DNA of 64,000 nucleotides, taken from Candidatus Zixiibacteriota bacterium. Lineage in GTDB: Bacteria; Zixibacteria; MSB-5A5; UBA10806; 4484-95. Below are positions 20,988 to 31,194 of this stretch, piece after piece. The notes beneath the pieces were generated by a model. That model was given only the letters and a program-made list of their open reading frames with translations, had not been told where the DNA came from and searched no databases. How positions within the stretch are numbered: position 1 is the stretch's first letter; every line of letters begins with the position of its first letter. Location: NCBI GenBank assembly GCA_037441845.1, contig JBBIRK010000001.1:465284-529283 (forward strand), given 5' to 3'. Position numbers and translations under genes: made by a program.

Positions 20988-21015
20988 ATTAAATTAGCCG
21001 TGGCTAACAAGTCAA
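20988..21015 (-). promoter_or_regulatory. Sigma70-like promoter of the feo operon with a DtxR-type palindromic operator
   Basis: Minus strand TTGACT-16 nt-TTTAAT; the spacer contains TTAGCC-AC-GGCTAA (20994-21007). Confidence 0.7.
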
Positions 21016-21149
21016 GCGATTTAGAGAACATTACCACTAATTAAGAAAAGAAGCGCCTGCGGCTTCGGCCGCCGCTGAAAGTGGCGGTTCAGCCTCCCAA
21101 TAAAATAAAAAAACCGGGAATCGATACCGTGGCGTGACCAGTAAATTGA

Positions 21150-21174
21150 AAGGGGCGCGTCGATTGCGCCCCTT
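21150..21174 (-). terminator. Putative intrinsic terminator
   Basis: AAGGGGCGC...GCGCCCCTT hairpin 30 nt after the lipoprotein stop, with an AT-rich tail. Confidence 0.55.
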
Positions 21175-21204
21175 CCCACCTACCTTCGCTTTATGATACC
21201 ACCG

Positions 21205-21726
21205 TCAATTGCCGACGGTCATGGTGATCACGATCTGGGCCCGAACGCTGTCATGAAACGGCACCGGCGAGGCGATCGCGTAAACGTAGAATTCGCCCAC
21301 ATCCTTCACGTAATGAAACAGCGAATCGAGATTGTGCATATATCGATAGCTGTCGTTCCAGCCGATCAAAATCGAATCGTTGCCGGGAACGGCCGGGCTT
21401 TCGAGAATTTTGATCGCGTTGTCTTCGACAAGATCCGTCGTCGAGTAGGAGCCGTTCGAGGAGATATAAATTTTTGCGGTGCTGGCGGAGTCTTCAAGGT
21501 TCCAGATTTTGGCCACGAAACTCACGCCGTCGATGCTTTTTATTTTGTCGAAATTGTCGGCGTAGTCCTCGTTGTTATTCAGATTCAAATGAAATACGCT
21601 GATATTGCCGTTCGTGGTCGCTCCGATATTGACGTCTTCCACGATGGTGATTTGGCCGGTCAGAAGGCAGCCGGTGATGACCAATCCCGAAACGGCGACT
21701 AAACCGAAATAGATTATTCTTTTCAT
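21205..21726 (-). CDS. Hypothetical lipoprotein
   Basis: MKRIIYFGLVAVSGLVITGC lipobox; follows the barrel gene closely. Confidence 0.65.
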   Translation of the reverse strand: MKRIIYFGLVAVSGLVITGCLLTGQITIVEDVNIGATTNGNISVFHLNLNNNEDYADNFDKIKSIDGVSFVAKIWNLEDSASTAKIYISSNGSYSTTDLVEDNAIKILESPAVPGNDSILIGWNDSYRYMHNLDSLFHYVKDVGEFYVYAIASPVPFHDSVRAQIVITMTVGN

Positions 21727-21743
21727 CTCACAAGGCTCCGTTT

Positions 21744-22295
21744 CTACATTGGCCCAAGGCCGATATGATAGTTGACCCCGACGAACCAGAGCAGCGATTT
21801 CCACGAACCGCTTTCGCCGGTGGGCGCGATATCGAACATCGCCCGTCCCTCGACTCCCAAGTTCATCGGCAGGACGATTTCCAGCCCCGGCCCGAAAGAA
21901 TACGTCGTTTTCGATATTTCACCCTGGTTTTCGCGTTTCCACTTGTAGGTGCCAAGCGATCCCATGAGATAAAAGTTTACACCCGTGCCTGAGGTTTTAC
22001 CCAAGTAGGCATCCAGCCCCAGCGAGGTCACGCTTCCGCCGTCTTTAGTGTCGGTTCCGTAGAAAAATTCCTCGGATGGGTCGCCGTATTTTCTGCCCTG
22101 ATAATGCGCACCCACGGCGAAAAACGATATCGGCGAGTATTTCGCCTGAAGTCCGATCATGGTGCCGCTTTTGGCGTCTTTGTTTGCCAGCGGCATATTC
22201 ATCCCGAAAAACGGGCCGATCGAGATGTCACTGATCGCATAAGCGCCGGCCGAAAAGACCGATACGATCAGTAACGCCAGCAATTTCACTTTCAT
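21744..22295 (-). CDS. Outer membrane beta-barrel protein (8-stranded OmpA/OmpW-like)
   Basis: Signal peptide, alternating amphipathic strands, near-terminal FVGVNYHI. Confidence 0.7.
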   Translation of the reverse strand: MKVKLLALLIVSVFSAGAYAISDISIGPFFGMNMPLANKDAKSGTMIGLQAKYSPISFFAVGAHYQGRKYGDPSEEFFYGTDTKDGGSVTSLGLDAYLGKTSGTGVNFYLMGSLGTYKWKRENQGEISKTTYSFGPGLEIVLPMNLGVEGRAMFDIAPTGESGSWKSLLWFVGVNYHIGLGPM

Positions 22296-22465
22296 CAACG
22301 CTCCTTTTTTATGTTGTTATCGATCTATCGTTTCGTGAATAATCCCGCATAAAGGCATATCCGGCGACCCGCAACCTTCGGTTCAAATGTCGGGTTCAAA
22401 CGGCGATGCCGCCGCGAATCAGAATTCAATTATATCTCTTTTCGGAGATATTGGCAATTACATTA

Positions 22466-22843
22466 TCAGGTATGGGCGATCGCCTCGACCTCGATTTTGG
22501 CATCGCGGGGAAGCCCCGACACGGCCACCGCGGCGCGGGCGGGAAGAATCCCCTTGAAATACTCGGCATATATTTTGTTGACTTCCGCATAATCGCCGAT
22601 ATCCGCCAGATAAACCGTGACTTTCAACACCTTGTCGAAATCGGAACCGGCCGCTTGCAAAACCGCCCCCAGATTGCGAAACACCCGGTGAGTTTGTTCC
22701 TTTATGGTGTGCCCAACAATTTGCCCGGTTTGGGGGTCGATAGCGATCTGCCCCGAGCAAAAAATCAAGTCGCCGAATACGAGCGCTTGAGAATATTGGG
22801 CGAGCGCCTTGGGGGCGTTATCGGTTTGAATCGCTTTCTTCAT
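22466..22843 (-). CDS. ridA: RidA/YjgF enamine-imine deaminase
   Basis: APKALAQYSQA, SGQI, VNKIYAEYF, PAR, LPRDAKIEVE; GGAGG RBS. Confidence 0.92.
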   Translation of the reverse strand: MKKAIQTDNAPKALAQYSQALVFGDLIFCSGQIAIDPQTGQIVGHTIKEQTHRVFRNLGAVLQAAGSDFDKVLKVTVYLADIGDYAEVNKIYAEYFKGILPARAAVAVSGLPRDAKIEVEAIAHT

Positions 22844-22901
22844 CGTTCCTCCACCTAAAAAGACTTTGCCCTGATACGGCATTCGATTTACAATAAGCCG
22901 T

Positions 22902-24383
22902 ATGTTATGGAATAAAGTGGTTGTTCGCCTTAAAAATAATTTCGACACCCGCCTGCTGATCTTATTGATACTCGTATTTTTGGTCCATTTCCCGCTTCTA
23001 TTCAACGATTTTCATACCGACGATTTTCTGATACTGAAAATCATGCGCGATGGTTTCGACTGGCAGGCGTTCAAACACATGGAAAACCCCTTTAATTTCC
23101 GCCCGCTAACGAATTTAATAGTTTTCGCCAGATACCATCTGCTGGGAGAAACGCCGGTTCTCTGGTATCTTTTGAACATCTGCCTTCATTTATCGATAAC
23201 CGCGTTTATCTATCGCATGTTGCGTGATCGCCTCGACTGCAGTTCGGCTTTTTTCGGGGCGCTTTTTTTCGGAATTTATTTCCCCCATTTCGAGGCTGTT
23301 ATATGGCTTTACGGAATCGTCCGGCTGTTTTTGGCTTTGCTTATACTTATCGCCTGGAAGGCGACTATCCGCAACTCCGAAACCGGAACCGGCGGCAATC
23401 CCTATGCGCCGGCGATCACATTTTTGGCGGCATTGCTGATTGTCGAGGACGCTTTGCTTCTGTTCCCCTTTTTCATGATATTGTCGATTCGTTCGCCGGT
23501 CGGCGCCGACACGAAAAAAAAGCAAGCGTTCGGTTTCGCCGCGGCGACGGCGATTTACCTGCTATTGCGCCTGATATTGACCGGCAGGATTTTGAACGAA
23601 TCGGAGCAATATTATCCCGGCGTTCATATCCTTACCAATATTTATCATTATGCCGGCTGGTTGTTGCTGCCGCAGTTCGATCACCCCTATCTCTTGCCGT
23701 TCGTGGAAAAGCATACGCCGTTCATAACGCCGTTGATCACGCCGGTCAATATAGCCGTCTTCGCGGCGGCGTTGCTCATAGCGGCGATCATCGTTTACCA
23801 CGGGAGCGCTTTCGAAAAAACCGCCCTGCTGTTCGTTGCCATATCGCTGTTGCCAGCACTGCCTCTTAATGCCAAGGCTTGCAGCAGATTACTTTATCTT
23901 CCCTCGATCGGCGTGGCTTTCTTGGCCGGCAGCCTTTGGCAAAGAGCCTCGATCGCATTCCCGGCTCTCGGCAAAAAAATAATAATCGGTATTGCGGCGC
24001 TTTATTTTATCGCCCAGTCTCTGGCGAACAACCTGACGATTAGATACTATCATTCGTTGCAGGCGGCCTCGGCGGCGATTTTGAAAAAAATCGACGATAT
24101 GAAAATCGATTTCAACCGTTATGCCTACGTGATCGTCGATCACGCCCCGGGGCGATCGCGACCTTGGACGCCGTTCAGGTTGCGTTATGGTTATCGGGGC
24201 GAGGTGAGAGCCCGCAACGAGGCCTACGAAAAACAGATTGATCTCGATAGTCTTATGGTGGAACTGGAGAAAAGCAACATCAATTATATCGCTATCGATT
24301 GCCGCGACGGGATGCCGAAAATATCCAGGATATTCGATCCAAGAGCTGATTCCGTTTCGTCTCCAATGGACGATTCACCGTGA
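22902..24383 (+). CDS. Integral membrane protein, GT-C-fold glycosyltransferase-like
   Basis: F.DD after TM1, FRPL, LH, HFEAVIW, SRLLYLPS; many TM helices. Confidence 0.6.
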   Translation: MLWNKVVVRLKNNFDTRLLILLILVFLVHFPLLFNDFHTDDFLILKIMRDGFDWQAFKHMENPFNFRPLTNLIVFARYHLLGETPVLWYLLNICLHLSITAFIYRMLRDRLDCSSAFFGALFFGIYFPHFEAVIWLYGIVRLFLALLILIAWKATIRNSETGTGGNPYAPAITFLAALLIVEDALLLFPFFMILSIRSPVGADTKKKQAFGFAAATAIYLLLRLILTGRILNESEQYYPGVHILTNIYHYAGWLLLPQFDHPYLLPFVEKHTPFITPLITPVNIAVFAAALLIAAIIVYHGSAFEKTALLFVAISLLPALPLNAKACSRLLYLPSIGVAFLAGSLWQRASIAFPALGKKIIIGIAALYFIAQSLANNLTIRYYHSLQAASAAILKKIDDMKIDFNRYAYVIVDHAPGRSRPWTPFRLRYGYRGEVRARNEAYEKQIDLDSLMVELEKSNINYIAIDCRDGMPKISRIFDPRADSVSSPMDDSP

Positions 24384-24397
24384 TTTCCAACACCCGA

Positions 24398-25795
24398 TCA
24401 GCCGTTTTCGGGGTCTTCGGTCATCCGCCGCAAATCCAGTAGGCGATCCAACTCTTCCTCGCTCAGCAGGTTTTTCCTCCTCACCAGTTCGCGCACGGTC
24501 AGATCTTTTTCGAGCGCTTCCTTGGCTATCTCGGCGGCTTGGATGTAACCGATTATGGGACTTAATATCGTCGCCACCGATGGGCTTTTCTCGGCGTAAA
24601 GCCGGCAAATCCGTTCGTTGGCCTCGATACCGCTGATGCAGCGTTCAGCGAAACAACGTATCCCACCCGAAAGAATCTCTATTTCCTGAAGTAGATCGTG
24701 GGCGATTATCGGCATCATTACGTTCAGCTCCAGCTGGCCCGCTTGGGCCGCCGCCGCGATCGCCTGATCCAGCCCGAGACAGTGGAAACAAACCATGTCG
24801 AGCATCTCCGCCATTACCGGATTTACCTTGCCCGGCATTATCGATGATCCGGGCTGAACCGCGGGAAGTCGTATCTCGGCCAGACCGGTGCGCGGCCCCG
24901 AACCGAGCAGCCTTAAATCGTCGGCTATTTTCTTCAAATCGACAACCAGCGTGCGCAGCGCCCCGGCGACCTCAAGCACCGCACCGAACGACTGTATCGC
25001 CTCGAACAGATTTTCCGCCGGGCGGAACTCGTATCCCGTAAATTCATTTATCGAGGAGATGGCTGCCTTACGATAACCGGGCACGGCGTTCAAACCGGTT
25101 CCGACCGCAGTTCCTCCCAGACAGAGCTCAAGCAGCGATTCCGCCGCCCGCTCGATCCGTACTTGGGCTTTGGCCAACATCGCCGCGAAAGCGCCGAACT
25201 CCTGGCCGAGTCGGACCGGCACGGCATCCTGTAGATGGGTCCGGCCGGTCTTGATCACCGAATCGAACGCCTCGCTTTTAATCCTCAACAATTCCTGCAG
25301 CTCCCCCAACGCCGGCAGCAGATTTTTCCGAATCTCGTCGTATGCCGCTATATGGATAGCCACATGAATCGTATCATTAGTCGATTGACTCATGTTGACA
25401 TGATCGTTGGGGTGAACCAACGCGGTGCTCCCTTTGGGACTACCGAGTATTTCACAAGCGCGATTGGCCAGCACCTCGTTCATATTCATATTTTGCGAGG
25501 TTCCGGCGCCGGCCTGAAAAACATCGAGCACGAATTGATCGGCGAATTTGCCGGCGATCACCTCCTCGGCGGCTTTGATAATCGCCTGGCCGATCTCCGG
25601 TTTAAGTTTTTTCGCCGCTATATTGGCCGAGGCCGCCGCCCGTTTTATTATCGCCTGCGCCCGAACGAAAGAATGCGGGAAACGCAAACCGCTGACGCGG
25701 AAATTCTCGAGAGCGCGCTGGGTTTGGGCGCCGTAATATGCGCCGCAGGGAACCCTGACCTCACCCATGCTGTCTTTTTCGATCCGATAATCCAT
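24398..25795 (-). CDS. fumC: Class II fumarate hydratase / aspartate ammonia-lyase family
   Basis: RIEKDSMG, HPNDHVNMSQSTND, GRTHLQDA and the GSSIMPGKVNP signature; fumC versus aspA cannot be settled by eye. Confidence 0.75.
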   Translation of the reverse strand: MDYRIEKDSMGEVRVPCGAYYGAQTQRALENFRVSGLRFPHSFVRAQAIIKRAAASANIAAKKLKPEIGQAIIKAAEEVIAGKFADQFVLDVFQAGAGTSQNMNMNEVLANRACEILGSPKGSTALVHPNDHVNMSQSTNDTIHVAIHIAAYDEIRKNLLPALGELQELLRIKSEAFDSVIKTGRTHLQDAVPVRLGQEFGAFAAMLAKAQVRIERAAESLLELCLGGTAVGTGLNAVPGYRKAAISSINEFTGYEFRPAENLFEAIQSFGAVLEVAGALRTLVVDLKKIADDLRLLGSGPRTGLAEIRLPAVQPGSSIMPGKVNPVMAEMLDMVCFHCLGLDQAIAAAAQAGQLELNVMMPIIAHDLLQEIEILSGGIRCFAERCISGIEANERICRLYAEKSPSVATILSPIIGYIQAAEIAKEALEKDLTVRELVRRKNLLSEEELDRLLDLRRMTEDPENG

Positions 25796-25838
25796 GCAGC
25801 GAAATTTCCCCGCACGTTCAAGGCAAGTTCACATCAGC

Positions 25839-26354
25839 TCATTTGACTTCCGCCAGCGCCCGCAAAGCGGCGTCATAGTCGGGTTCTTCCGATGTTTCCT
25901 TGACATATTGGATATAGCGGATTTTCCCCCGCTTGTCGATTATAAATATCGTCCGGGCGAGAAGTTTCAGCTCCTTGATCATCACCCCGAACGCCCGGCC
26001 GAGCTCACCCTCGCGGTAATCGGAAAGCAGCACGACATTTTTGGACTTTGTCTCCTCGCACCAACGTTTTTGAGCAAAGGGGAGATCGGCGCTGACGGTG
26101 ATCATGGCTATGTCTTTATCAAGCTTTTCCGCCTCTTTATTGAATCTGATCGTCTCCAAATGACACACCGAGGTGTCCAGCGAGGGGACGGTCGTCAAAA
26201 AGCAAGTTCTTCCTCTATAAGATGAAAGCTTGACAGGGGCAAGATTCATATCGACCAATTCGCAATCGGGGGCGGAATCGCCCACCTTAAGCTCGTTGCC
26301 GATCAAGGTCAGCGGTTTACCTTTCATGAATACGATTCCGGTTCGTTCAGCCAT
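25839..26354 (-). CDS. tpx: Thiol peroxidase (atypical 2-Cys peroxiredoxin)
   Basis: PSLDTSVC, SADLPFAQKRWC, LLAR, EPDYDAAL. Confidence 0.95.
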   Translation of the reverse strand: MAERTGIVFMKGKPLTLIGNELKVGDSAPDCELVDMNLAPVKLSSYRGRTCFLTTVPSLDTSVCHLETIRFNKEAEKLDKDIAMITVSADLPFAQKRWCEETKSKNVVLLSDYREGELGRAFGVMIKELKLLARTIFIIDKRGKIRYIQYVKETSEEPDYDAALRALAEVK

Positions 26355-26507
26355 TTTGGTCGTCCTTTCTGTTCGCTCTATTCTCGATAATACTGATTCG
26401 GCAGATTTCGCTATAATCGCCGACTTGTACCACATAGGAATAATAAATAAATACAGCCCGCTTCGGTTCCCGGCATTCAAACGGCGGGCTCGCAAAACCC
26501 TCACGAT

Positions 26508-27044
26508 TCAATGTCTATGTTCATGGCCGTGATCGTGATCCTCTTCAAGGTGAGAATCATCGTTTGATCGCCGGCCGATCTCATCTTTCGCTTTGTCGTC
26601 GTCTGGATTGGTCAGCGTTCTTGCCGCCTGCACGCCGACTCCATACCGATACACCATCTCGCCGCCCAAATAACCTCCATAAAAAACAACCGCCAGCGCC
26701 GCCACCGCCAAAATAGTGCATATCCAAGCGGTGATACCTCGGGTACGGCTGCGAAATACTATTCGGAACAGCGCATAAATCACGACTATCCCTAAAAAAA
26801 CTAAACCGACAACCTCGTGGGTCTCCATCAGTTTGTGGGCCGCCCCGCTGTGTTCGACCGTCTCTTCGGCGGCCAGCCCGGTGGCAACCGAGCCGACGGC
26901 TCCGAGCACTACAAACACCGCAAGAACCAGGCTCGCTTGCCGAAAGATGCTCTTGCCGGTGATCAACGCCGCGATTTCGCAGAAAGCGATCACCGCTATC
27001 AGGGCGATCGGAAAATGCACGAATAACGGATGAAAATTGGGCAT
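26508..27044 (-). CDS. DUF2231-like membrane protein with His-rich tail
   Basis: HPLFVHFPIAL, H in TM3, GGEMVYRYGVG; C-terminal HLEEDHDHGHEHRH. Confidence 0.75.
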   Translation of the reverse strand: MPNFHPLFVHFPIALIAVIAFCEIAALITGKSIFRQASLVLAVFVVLGAVGSVATGLAAEETVEHSGAAHKLMETHEVVGLVFLGIVVIYALFRIVFRSRTRGITAWICTILAVAALAVVFYGGYLGGEMVYRYGVGVQAARTLTNPDDDKAKDEIGRRSNDDSHLEEDHDHGHEHRH

Positions 27045-27138
27045 AATTAACCCCTGCCGGAATGATTGATTTCAATTTTAGCACTACTCGGTTTCGTATT
27101 CAATATTAAAATCGGGAATTTTTCCCTGCCGATCATTC

Positions 27139-29235
27139 CTAATAACTCCAGCCGTCGCGTATCCGGCGGGCGAATTCATCGAGGGACAAAATCGGATTGA
27201 GGCATGCCCCCTTACGACAAATGTAAACCGCGGGAGTTCCCTGCAATGTCGTCTTGCCGTCCAAGATCGGCGCCAGGTCGACGGCTTCACCGGTTAGCCC
27301 ATTTTCGTCGACTGCGATCATACAGGCATAGGGCGGCGCAGACCGACAATAAAGATCGATAAGTCGGCGGGGCCGGTCGTCATTTTTGCCGCCGGCGATC
27401 ACCACCGTGTAATCGGGGCCATTGCACAAAAGAGCGGTATCGAGCCAGCCCGACATTTCCAAGCCCATCTGCTTTATCAAATCTCCCGCCGACGACAGAC
27501 AGCGGTCGATTTCTTCGTAGTATTTTTCGTTTCCGGTCAGGAGAGCGGCCCGATGCAATGCCGAAAGAAGCGCCGCGTTGCCCGAGGGTGTCGGACCATC
27601 CCAGAAATCGACCTTGCGACCCAGAGGATTTTCCGCCGCGGTCTCCGCCATGCAAAAACAACCTTCGGGATTGCGGAAATTGGCCAGAGTATAATTTATC
27701 AATTCTATGCCCCGCCGCAGATATTCCGGATTCACCGTAACCTCGAACAAGTCCAGCAAGCCACGGGCAAGACAAGCGTAATCATCGAGAAATGCTGCGT
27801 TTTCGGCATGGCCTGCGTATGACGTTCTCCAGAGGCCGCCATCGGGACGTCGATGATATCTCCAGAGATATTCAGAGGCTTCTACGGCTTTCTGCAAATA
27901 TCCGGCCTCGCCGAATGCGCGAAATCCCTGAACCAAAGCGGAAATCGCCAGGCCGTTCCAGGATGCTATTATCTTCTTATCCAGGGTCGGTCGCGGTCTG
28001 GCCGATCGATATTCTCGCAGGCGTCGGATATTTTTATCTATCATTTCCCGAATTTTTATTTCCCGCTCCGGCGCGACGGTCATGATATCGCCCGAAACTG
28101 TTCTGCGGCTGATCACGTTGCCGCCCTCGAAATTCCCCTCGCGCGTCACTCCCAGGATTTTCGCCAGCTGTGTTCCCTCAGGCTCGCCGACCGTTTTTAT
28201 TATTTCTTCGTATCCCCAGATATAAAACGACCCTTCGCGTCCCTCGCTGTCGGCGTCGAGACTGCTGTATATCGCCTCCTGCGGCGCGGACAACTCGTGC
28301 AACAAAAAATCGAGCGTCCCCCGCGCTATCCGTTCGTAAATCGGGCTGTCGAACACCGCCCAGGCCTCTGTATATAGACCGGCCAGTTGCGCGTTGTCAT
28401 AAAGCATCTTCTCGAAATGCGGAATCAGCCAGGTTCTTTCTACGGCATATCTATGGAAACCACCTCCGATTTGGTCGTAAATTCCCCCGCCGGCCATCAT
28501 ATCGAGCGTCTTGCGGATCATATCGCCCAATTCCGGCAAGCCGGATTTTCGATAATAGTGCAACAAGAACCGCCATTTTCCCGGCTGCGGAAATTTCATT
28601 CCCTCGCGGAATCCACCCCATTGTCGATCAAACAGCGCAAAAGAATCCGAAACTATGCCATCGATAATGGAGATTTCGAAAGTTTGGTCGCTCCTAAAAG
28701 CGGGATTGGCGGCGATTATTTCAGCAAGTTGGGCGGCTTGATCTTCGACCCGGGCGCGGCTGGCGGCGAAAACCTCGGCAATCGCCCGAGCCAACTCGAT
28801 AAAGCGGGCATGCGGAAAATAGGTGCCTCCGTAAAACGGTTTCAGCTCGGGTGTGAGAAAAACCGACATAGGCCAGCCGCCTTGGCCGGTTAGAGCCTGC
28901 ACCGCCTCCATATAGATTATATCGAGATCGGGGCGCTCTTCGCGATCGACCTTTATGTTGATGAACTTTTCGTTCATCAGGGCGGCCACGTCCTCCTTCT
29001 CGAAAACCTCCTTTTCCATCACATGACACCAGTGGCAGGAGGAGTAACCGATCGAGAGGAATATCGGCTTGTTTTCCTTTCGGGCGCGGCTTATCGCCTC
29101 GTCTCCCCAGGGATACCAATCAATCGGATTATGGGCGTGCTGGCGGAGATAGAGCGACTGCTGCCCCGATAAGTGATTGCCGAATGTCGGCCGGTTCGGA
29201 TCGAACCTGTTTTGGTTTTCCGCTTTGTTGCTCAT
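27139..29235 (-). CDS. yyaL: YyaL/SSP411 thioredoxin-like plus (alpha/alpha)6 domain protein (DUF255)
   Basis: [51 protein letters not shown]. Confidence 0.9.
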   Translation of the reverse strand: MSNKAENQNRFDPNRPTFGNHLSGQQSLYLRQHAHNPIDWYPWGDEAISRARKENKPIFLSIGYSSCHWCHVMEKEVFEKEDVAALMNEKFINIKVDREERPDLDIIYMEAVQALTGQGGWPMSVFLTPELKPFYGGTYFPHARFIELARAIAEVFAASRARVEDQAAQLAEIIAANPAFRSDQTFEISIIDGIVSDSFALFDRQWGGFREGMKFPQPGKWRFLLHYYRKSGLPELGDMIRKTLDMMAGGGIYDQIGGGFHRYAVERTWLIPHFEKMLYDNAQLAGLYTEAWAVFDSPIYERIARGTLDFLLHELSAPQEAIYSSLDADSEGREGSFYIWGYEEIIKTVGEPEGTQLAKILGVTREGNFEGGNVISRRTVSGDIMTVAPEREIKIREMIDKNIRRLREYRSARPRPTLDKKIIASWNGLAISALVQGFRAFGEAGYLQKAVEASEYLWRYHRRPDGGLWRTSYAGHAENAAFLDDYACLARGLLDLFEVTVNPEYLRRGIELINYTLANFRNPEGCFCMAETAAENPLGRKVDFWDGPTPSGNAALLSALHRAALLTGNEKYYEEIDRCLSSAGDLIKQMGLEMSGWLDTALLCNGPDYTVVIAGGKNDDRPRRLIDLYCRSAPPYACMIAVDENGLTGEAVDLAPILDGKTTLQGTPAVYICRKGACLNPILSLDEFARRIRDGWSY

Positions 29236-29442
29236 ATCTATCGACCATAGCAACAGCTTCGGAAGGCTTTCGGTTCCGCATGGTGCGGCGCATATCTACT
29301 AGTGATTGTATTCGAAAATGAGGATGGATTCGTATATTTGGAAAAGTCCGATAGGCACGACCAAGGCGGGCATCGAACGAAATATCGTAAACCCGCCCAT
29401 CTATCTATAAGTGTACGACGCAATCAGTCGTATGCGATCGGC

Positions 29443-31037
29443 TCAATGGTGCAGCGTCAGCGTGTATGAATAATACATGGGCCAGGTCTCGCCGTAATTT
29501 TCGCTTCCCGAACCGGTGACTTGAGCCCCATTCTGAAGCGGGATATGCGGCTGAATATCCATCGCGATAACATACGACACCAGAGGCCCGTACTCGGGTA
29601 TAGGAACCGTCCCGAAATCGGGGCATACCGCCGTAAACACAACCGGATATTCGAGGGGGTTATACGCGGAAAGTCTTATATCGGCATAACCGCCGCCCGC
29701 CGTGCCGAACACGTTAGTCGGAAAATCGACCGCCTCCGACGAAACGATCGCACATGGCGGCTCTATCACCAATGAGGCGACATGGGAGCCGCCACCCACT
29801 CCACGTATACTGTCACCGAAGATACTAAACGAAAATTCGATAGTCACCACATCGGTAAAATCCCAGTAATGGTCGTCGTGGTGGTGGTTGAATGCGGCGA
29901 CCAAGGTGCCCGACCATCCGCCCACATTCACCTGCGTCTGGCCGCTGGCGGTAATCGGCTGATCGTCCGAGCACGCCTGATGTTGGGCGGTGATCGTGGC
30001 GATCCCGTCTTCATCGGCGGTGTATTCCGTCTGCACTTCTCCTTGGGGTGTGGTCGTCCCGGATTTCGGGCTTATGGTTCCCGGCCCGGAAACTGCGAAA
30101 GTGATCCGCTTGCCATGCATCGGGGTGCCGCCGCAGGTCATGGTGGCCGTTATGTCCGATGATTCCCCGCTGGCGATATTGGCGGGGTCGGCCTCGACAG
30201 CGATATCCGGGGCGGTGCAGCGAAGATATACGGTCACCTGGATATCGAAATAAAATGTCCCGTTCGAATCGCCGCGGTCATACTGATACGAGGCTATCAA
30301 TGTATGCTCGGTGGTCTGGCCGATCTGTTCATATAGACTGCCGTCGTCGCCGTTTATGATATAACCCAAATCGAACGCCATCCCGGCGATCTCTTGACAT
30401 TCGTTCTGGTAAACCCCTTCTCGCCTATATCCCCGAAATTGTCGCGAAACCAGCTTATATAATTGGCCAACGCGGCGCCAGGATTGCCACCGGCCAAGTT
30501 TTCCTCGAGATCGTCGAAAAGACCGTTTTCGTCAAGACCGCCGTCGCCGCCCCAGATCGAAAAATGAGTTATCTCCGCCTCGAACGAATTGCCGTCAGCG
30601 GACACGGTCGCCAAAGAGTCGCTCTGCTTCCAATAATCCTCGGCATCGTTGAAGTAAAATATGGGGAATTTGGCGCCCGGGGTAAGAGTGCGGGAGGCGG
30701 GGAAAATCACCGTAACCGGCACCTGAAACTCCAGGCCATGCGGTTGCATATCTGCGGCGCAGTCGAAATTAAGTGCCGGGCCGGGGGTCACCGGCAGCGA
30801 GCCGTTATCGTGAAATGTCCTGACTTTTATATAGACATTCTGCGTCACCGCGCCCGGAGGAAAATAAAGCGCCACTCCACCCGGATCGCTTACTATCCCG
30901 CCCGCCGGAGTTATCAATACGCCTCGGTTTTCCTCAGTTGATTTCTTGCCGCCGCAGCCGACGAGCAATAATAATATCATGACCGGTGTCAGAGTCCGCC
31001 TAAGGTTTGCCGCAGACCACATTGCCGAATTCCACAT
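29443..31037 (-). pseudogene. ZU5-like lipoprotein with Ig/invasin-like domain, split by a single frameshift near 30414-30417
   Basis: Lipobox LVGC; ZU5-like GG...FPPGAV...PHGLEF..PV...HFS; one extra G in the G4 run joins the upstream ORF to ORF 29443-30381 (GEKG-VYQNECQEIAG-MAFD). Confidence 0.6.
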
Positions 31038-31194
31038 ATCCGCCTCCGCAGTATTAAGCCAATATACACCAATCTGTCTATAATTTAAAAGCCGCTGGAT
31101 TATGGTCAACCTAAATCAGGCGTCGGGCCGTTTCGCCTTGACCGCCGGAAAACCCGATCGTAAAATCGAACATACACAAACCGGAGGAAATGTC

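Noticed and set aside
21055..21090. Overlapping GC hairpins (GCGGC-TTCG-GCCGC; CCGCCGCT-GAA-AGTGGCGG) upstream of feoAB as a metal riboswitch
   Set aside because: They lie upstream of the predicted feo promoter, so outside the leader, and match no riboswitch consensus I recognise
22360..22415. Two GGTTCAAA T-loop-like motifs in an intergenic region
   Set aside because: No cloverleaf or acceptor stem could be built
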